Shown piece by piece: positions 59,618 to 64,000 of a DNA stretch of 64,000 bases. The notes below the pieces were generated by a model. It ran no database searches. It saw nothing but the letters and a program-made list of their open reading frames with translations, and had not been told where the DNA came from. Source of the stretch: Dehalococcoidia bacterium (GTDB taxonomy: Bacteria > Chloroflexota > Dehalococcoidia > UBA2979). How positions within the stretch are numbered: position 1 is the first letter of the stretch; each line of letters begins with the position of its first letter. The translations under genes were made by a program, and so were the position numbers. Location of the stretch: assembly GCA_964291495.2 (NCBI GenBank), contig OZ219872.1, positions 448,001-512,000 on the forward strand. The letters are read 5' to 3'.

Positions 59618-60382
59618 CTAGCGTCCCGTGAACCGCGGCGTGCGCTTCTCCGCGAAGGCGACGGCCGCCTCCATCGTGTCGTCGAGGTCGTTGAGGTAGG
59701 TGCGCGCCTCGACCTCGCGGTCGAGCATCGGCGCGTCCGGCATGTTGCGCATCGAGCGCATCAGCGCCTTCGTGCGGTAGACGTGCTGGGGCGGCAGCGC
59801 GAGCACGCGATCGGCCCAGTGCTGCGCCGTCTCCAGTAGCTGGTCGTCGGCGACAACCTCGTTGACGAGGCCGTGCTGGTAGGCGCGCCGCGCGTCGATG
59901 CGATCGCCGATCAGCGTCAGCTCCGCGCCGATGCACCACGGCAGCGACTCGACGGCCGAGAACCAGTACGGGCCCATCAGCCCCGTCGGGATTTCCGCCA
60001 TCCCGAACTGCGCCGACTCCGCGGCGATGCGGAAGTCGCAGCCGACGGTGATGTACCAGCCGAGACCGATCGCGAAGCCGTTGACGGCGGCGATCAGCGG
60101 CTTATCCGTGTCGACGATGCCGAAGATGTTGTACTCGTAGGAGTAGCGCGGCAGGGTCGCCTCGCCGGCCTCGACCTGCGCCTTGATGTCTCGCCCGGCG
60201 CAGAACGAGCGCCCCGTGCCGGTGATGATCCCCACCCAGGCGTCATCGTCGTTGTCGAAGTCGAGCAGCGCCTCGCGGAACGCGAGGCCCATCTCGTGGG
60301 TGAAGGCGTTCAGCCGCTCGGGCCGGTTGAACGTGATCCTCGCGACGTGGTTGTCGACCTCGTACTGGACGAACTCGGACAT
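59618..60382 (-). CDS. Enoyl-CoA hydratase/isomerase family protein
   Basis: FNRPERLNA, SFCAGRD, KPLIAAVNG, AFAEKRTPRFTGR. Confidence 0.9.
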   Translation of the reverse strand: MSEFVQYEVDNHVARITFNRPERLNAFTHEMGLAFREALLDFDNDDDAWVGIITGTGRSFCAGRDIKAQVEAGEATLPRYSYEYNIFGIVDTDKPLIAAVNGFAIGLGWYITVGCDFRIAAESAQFGMAEIPTGLMGPYWFSAVESLPWCIGAELTLIGDRIDARRAYQHGLVNEVVADDQLLETAQHWADRVLALPPQHVYRTKALMRSMRNMPDAPMLDREVEARTYLNDLDDTMEAAVAFAEKRTPRFTGR

Positions 60383-60411
60383 GGGTACCCCCTCCTCAGC
60401 GCCTCGCGGCG

Positions 60412-61326
60412 CTACAGCTGCGCCTGCTCCGCGACGCTCGCGAGCACGCGCATCGTCTCTTCGGCCGGCGGCCGTTCGCCCGCGAGGGCGGCCGCACGAA
60501 CCTCTCCCCAGCGCTCGAACGGCAGCGGCGTGCCGGGGTGGTTGTACACCCCGACGACCAGCCGGTCCGCACCCGCCGACTCGTAGGCGCGCTGCGTCTC
60601 GGGCGTGGCGTCCATCGCGAAGACGGTGATCTCCATCCTCGAGGCGTCGCGCCCCAGTTCGGCGCACCAGCGCTCGATCTCGCGCCGCCCCTGCTCGCAC
60701 TCCTCGGGTGAGGCCATGACCGGCAGCCAGCCATCGCCGACACGCGCGATGCGGCGGAACGTGCGATCCGAGGCGGGCGCGCCGATCAGCACCGGCGGGT
60801 GCGGCCGCTGCTTCGGGATCGGGTCGCAGCGCACCTCGCCGAAGCGGATGCGCTTGCCCTCGAAGCTGGCGCTGCCGTGCTCCCAGAGCTTCTTCATCGC
60901 GAGGACGGACTCGTTGGCGTAGCCCCAGCGGTCGGCGAAGTCCGTGCCGTAGAGCTCGATCTCCTCACGCAGCCAGCCCGCCCCGACGCCGAGCGTGACG
61001 CGCCCGCCCGAGAAGTTGTCGAGCGTGCCGACGGTGTTCGCCAGCGTCAGCGGGTGGCGCTCCGGCAGCAGCGTCACGCCCGTCCCGAGCCGCACCTTCG
61101 AGGTGACTGCCGCGATGAACGAGAGCAGCACGAAGGGGTCCGCCATCTCCCCGTAGAGCAGCGGGATGGCCTGGCCGGGGCGGCGGTACGGCGTCTCCGG
61201 GTTCACGGGTAGCACCGGGTGGTCCGGCACCCAGATCGACTCGAAACCGTGGCCCTCGGCGGCGCGCGCGAAGGTCACGGCGTCGACCGTGTAGCCGGTC
61301 ACGAACATCCCGACGCCGACCTTCAT
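60412..61326 (-). CDS. LLM-class putative F420-dependent oxidoreductase (Rv2161c-like)
   Basis: GFESIWVPDH, DPFV.LS..AAVT..VRLGTGV, TLD..SGGR..LGVG.GW..EE, P.PKQRPHPP, GDGW. Confidence 0.9.
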   Translation of the reverse strand: MKVGVGMFVTGYTVDAVTFARAAEGHGFESIWVPDHPVLPVNPETPYRRPGQAIPLLYGEMADPFVLLSFIAAVTSKVRLGTGVTLLPERHPLTLANTVGTLDNFSGGRVTLGVGAGWLREEIELYGTDFADRWGYANESVLAMKKLWEHGSASFEGKRIRFGEVRCDPIPKQRPHPPVLIGAPASDRTFRRIARVGDGWLPVMASPEECEQGRREIERWCAELGRDASRMEITVFAMDATPETQRAYESAGADRLVVGVYNHPGTPLPFERWGEVRAAALAGERPPAEETMRVLASVAEQAQL

Positions 61327-61387
61327 CGCAGACCTCCAAGCCCGCGCGGGCGGCGCTGAGTATACGGGAGTGCGCGAGGGCGACCGG

Positions 61388-62353
61388 TCAGGCCTGCTGG
61401 AACGCCCTCGTCATCTCGCGGGCGGCCTCGGCGACGCCGCGCTCGGCGGCGTCGATCATGCCGAGGGCCATCCAGAAGTCGTGCGGCTGGTCGTCCTCGC
61501 GGGCCACGCTGACGTCGACGCCCGACTCGGCGAGCCGCTCGGCGTAGGCGAGACCCTCGTCTCGGAGCACGTCGTAGCCGGAGATCACCATGTGCGCGGC
61601 GGGCAGCCCCTCGAGGCTTTCCGCGCGCAGCGGCGCGACGCGCGGATCGGTCATGTCGCCGTCGCCGACGTACTGACGCCAGAACCACTGCATCATCGCG
61701 CTGGAGAGCAGGTACTTGGGATCTCCGAACTCGTGGAAGGAAGGGCGATCGAAGTCGCTGTCGGTGACGGGGCAGACCAGCAACTGGAAGGCGATCGCCG
61801 GACCGCCCTCGTCGCGCGCCTTCTGGCTGACGACCGCCGCGAGGTTCCCGCCCGCGCTGTCGCCGCCCACGGCCACGCGGCTCGCATCGACACCCAGCTC
61901 CCCGGCGTTGGCGACCGCCCACTCCAGCGCCGCGTAGCAGTCGTCGAGCGACGCGGGGTAGGGGTGCTCCGGCGCCAGCCGGTAGTCGACCGAGATGACC
62001 GCGCAGTTGGCGACGTTGGCAAGCAGCCGCACCGCGTCGACGCCGCTGTTGAGGTCGCCGATCACCCAGCCGCCGCCGTGGTACCAGACAAGCAGCGGGT
62101 GGGAGTCGCCCGGTCCCGGCTTCATGATGCGTACCGGGATATCCCCCGCCGGGCCGGGGATCGTGCGGTCCTGCTCGGCGTGCACGGGCGGGCCCATGCC
62201 CGCCGCGGCCGCCTCCGCCTGCAACGCCGCGAGGGCGTCGCGCCACGCCGCGGGATCGCGCTCCTCGATCGGCGGGAAGGCTGCTTCGAACTCGAGGAAT
62301 CCGTCGAGAAAGACCTGGGCCTGGGGATCCAGCGGGATAAGGCGCCTCCTCAA
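61388..62353 (-). CDS. Alpha/beta hydrolase, hormone-sensitive-lipase family esterase (true start may be ATC at 62338)
   Basis: HGGGW, DYRLAPE, GDSAGG, D.LRDEG, H. Confidence 0.92.
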   Translation of the reverse strand: MRRRLIPLDPQAQVFLDGFLEFEAAFPPIEERDPAAWRDALAALQAEAAAAGMGPPVHAEQDRTIPGPAGDIPVRIMKPGPGDSHPLLVWYHGGGWVIGDLNSGVDAVRLLANVANCAVISVDYRLAPEHPYPASLDDCYAALEWAVANAGELGVDASRVAVGGDSAGGNLAAVVSQKARDEGGPAIAFQLLVCPVTDSDFDRPSFHEFGDPKYLLSSAMMQWFWRQYVGDGDMTDPRVAPLRAESLEGLPAAHMVISGYDVLRDEGLAYAERLAESGVDVSVAREDDQPHDFWMALGMIDAAERGVAEAAREMTRAFQQA

Positions 62354-62401
62354 TCCTGCAATCGCTACGGCCCGGCGGCCGAGGGCCGCGTGCCGCGGCT
62401 C

Positions 62402-62430
62402 AACCTACGGAGGGCGCCTCGGGGCGTCAA
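62402..62430 (-). promoter_or_regulatory. Sigma70-type promoter for the esterase gene
   Basis: TTGACG-N17-TAGGTT. Confidence 0.6.
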
Positions 62431-62449
62431 CGCACGCCGGAGCGAGGCA

Positions 62450-63193
62450 CTACGGGCGCTGGCCGCCGACGGAGATCACCTCGCCGGTGATGTACTCGGA
62501 CTCCTTGCTGCAGAGGAAGCGCACCACGCTCGCCAGCTCGTCCGGCATCGCCGAGCGGTCGAGCGGATGCTCGTCGCTGCCCTCCGGCACGGTGCCCATC
62601 GTGCGGCCCATCCACTCGTTCCAGACGGAGCTTGGAGCGACGGTGTTCGCGCGGATGTTGTGCTCGCCAAGCTCGAGGGCGATCACGCGCGTGAAGGCGA
62701 TGATCCCCGCCTTCGCCGCCGCGTACTGCGCGCGGCCCTGCCCGCCTCGCCACGTCACCACGGAGGCGAAGTTGACAATGTTGCCGCCGCCCTGCTCGAT
62801 CATGTGCGGCACGGCCGCCTTCGTGCAGTAGTAGGTGCCGTGCAGGCAGACGTTGATCGGCGTGTGCCAGGTCACGTCGTCCATCTCGAGGAACGGCGTC
62901 TCCATGTCGCGGTAGGCGTTGTTGATCAGGTGGTCGATCCGCCCGTAGCGCTCGATCGTCTTGCCGATCAGCTCGGCGACCGACCCCTGGCTGGAGACAT
63001 CGCAGGGGACCGCGAGGAACTCGCGGCCATGCTCCTCGGCGAGCGACTCGCCGACGGCAAGCGTCCGCTTCTCGTTCAGGTCGCTGACCACGACCTCGGC
63101 GCCCTCGGCTGCGAAGCGGCGCGCCGTCGCCTGTCCCACACCGGCTCCGGCCGAGCCCGTGACGATCACCACCTGGCCCTCGAACTCGCTCAT
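62450..63193 (-). CDS. SDR oxidoreductase
   Basis: VTGSAGAGVG, NNA, YAAAK, YITGEVISV. Confidence 0.9.
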   Translation of the reverse strand: MSEFEGQVVIVTGSAGAGVGQATARRFAAEGAEVVVSDLNEKRTLAVGESLAEEHGREFLAVPCDVSSQGSVAELIGKTIERYGRIDHLINNAYRDMETPFLEMDDVTWHTPINVCLHGTYYCTKAAVPHMIEQGGGNIVNFASVVTWRGGQGRAQYAAAKAGIIAFTRVIALELGEHNIRANTVAPSSVWNEWMGRTMGTVPEGSDEHPLDRSAMPDELASVVRFLCSKESEYITGEVISVGGQRP

Positions 63194-63321
63194 CGCCTCC
63201 CCCTCGTCGCTCGCGCGCCAACGCCGGGCGCGCCCGCGTCGAGGAGCATAGCGGGCGCGCCGCCGCCCCGCCGCAGCTAGGCGCCGGGGGAAGGCGCTAG
63301 ACTGGCCGCGGAGGGCACACC

Positions 63322-63774
63322 ATGAGCGCCGACGATCGGCTCGCAATCCTCGATCAGATCGGGCGCTACTCCTACGCCTGGGACGGGAAGGACTCGGATG
63401 CCTACGCCGCGCTCTTCACCGAGGACGCGGTGTTCGAGGTCTTCACCCGCGGCGACGAGCCCGTGATCCACAACGAGGGCCGCGAGGCGATCCGCCGCTG
63501 GGCGCGCGCCACCCACAGCGGCGAGGAGCCCGGCCTGCGCCACCACCCGCCGGACGAGCAGACCCGCCACAACCAGAGCGGGACCGTCTTCGACGAGCTC
63601 GGCGAGGACACCGCGCGCACCCGCACCATGCTGCTCTCCGCCAGGCAGGCCCCCGGCGACGTGATCCCGATCCCCTCGACCACCGGCGTCTACCGCGACG
63701 AGTGGCGCCGCACGCCCGAGGGCTGGCGCATCGCCCACCGCAGCCTGCGGATCGACACCCCTCGCGGCCGGTAG
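63322..63774 (+). CDS. SnoaL-like / NTF2 family protein
   Basis: DRLAI..RY..AWD..D...LFTEDA..GREAI..RH..G.YRDE..RTPEGWRI..R. Confidence 0.87.
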   Translation: MSADDRLAILDQIGRYSYAWDGKDSDAYAALFTEDAVFEVFTRGDEPVIHNEGREAIRRWARATHSGEEPGLRHHPPDEQTRHNQSGTVFDELGEDTARTRTMLLSARQAPGDVIPIPSTTGVYRDEWRRTPEGWRIAHRSLRIDTPRGR

Positions 63775-63783
63775 TCGACGCGC

Positions 63784-63999
63784 TCACCGCACGACCACGG
63801 CGAACTCCTGCCGGGCGCTTCCGCCATCGTTCGAGGCCGTCACGACGACCGTCGCGCTGCCCGCCGCCAGCGGCGTGAGCCGCAGCCGTCCCGCTGACAG
63901 CCACGCGTGCACGATTCCGACCGGGTCCACGGAGACCTGATAGCGCTCGACCGGGCCGCTGAAGACATCCGCGAGATCGAACTCCCGCGCCTCCCCGCC
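63784..63999 (-). CDS. 3' end of a gene entering from the right edge; cadherin/Ig-like beta-sandwich domain
   Basis: Not in the ORF track. My translation: GGEAREFDLADVFSGPVERYQVSVDPVGIVHAWLSAGRLRLTPLAAGSATVVVTASNDGGSARQEFAVVVR-stop. Confidence 0.75.
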   Translation of the reverse strand, partial: GGEAREFDLADVFSGPVERYQVSVDPVGIVHAWLSAGRLRLTPLAAGSATVVVTASNDGGSARQEFAVVVR

Positions 64000-64000
64000 T

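Overview
This is a very GC-rich bacterial chromosome segment. The 16S signatures and gene content point to Chloroflexota, probably Dehalococcoidia (inference). The expanded SDR, crotonase, DinB and F420 paralogues plus Ig-like surface domains resemble SAR202-like or sponge-associated lineages. The window opens with a linked rRNA operon on the minus strand (16S, tRNA-Ile, tRNA-Ala, 5' part of 23S), then tilS and an FtsB-like gene. Next come a split methylmalonyl-CoA mutase cluster, a branched-chain 2-oxoacid dehydrogenase + MmgE/PrpD operon, an ABC exporter, helicase IV, cofC/cofD with several F420-dependent enzymes, ilvD, murB and many acyl-CoA/redox enzymes. I saw no transposase, integrase, phage gene or CRISPR array. 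The best candidate for an undescribed system is a three-gene operon TusA-like / DsrE-like / TusA::MetE-core fusion (11843-14080), which looks like a sulfur relay coupled to a Zn-thiol alkyltransferase. Other notable items: a tandem duplicate of tRNA-Val(UAC) whose copy now reads UAU and has lost invariant U8/U33; an NCS2 permease fused to a degenerate RsbW-like domain behind an SD-sequestering leader; an uncharacterised propeller-like + Ig-like gene pair; a dispersed REPIN-like repeat family; several apparently leaderless genes; and a probable AUC start codon. All calls come from motif reading by eye; no searches were run.
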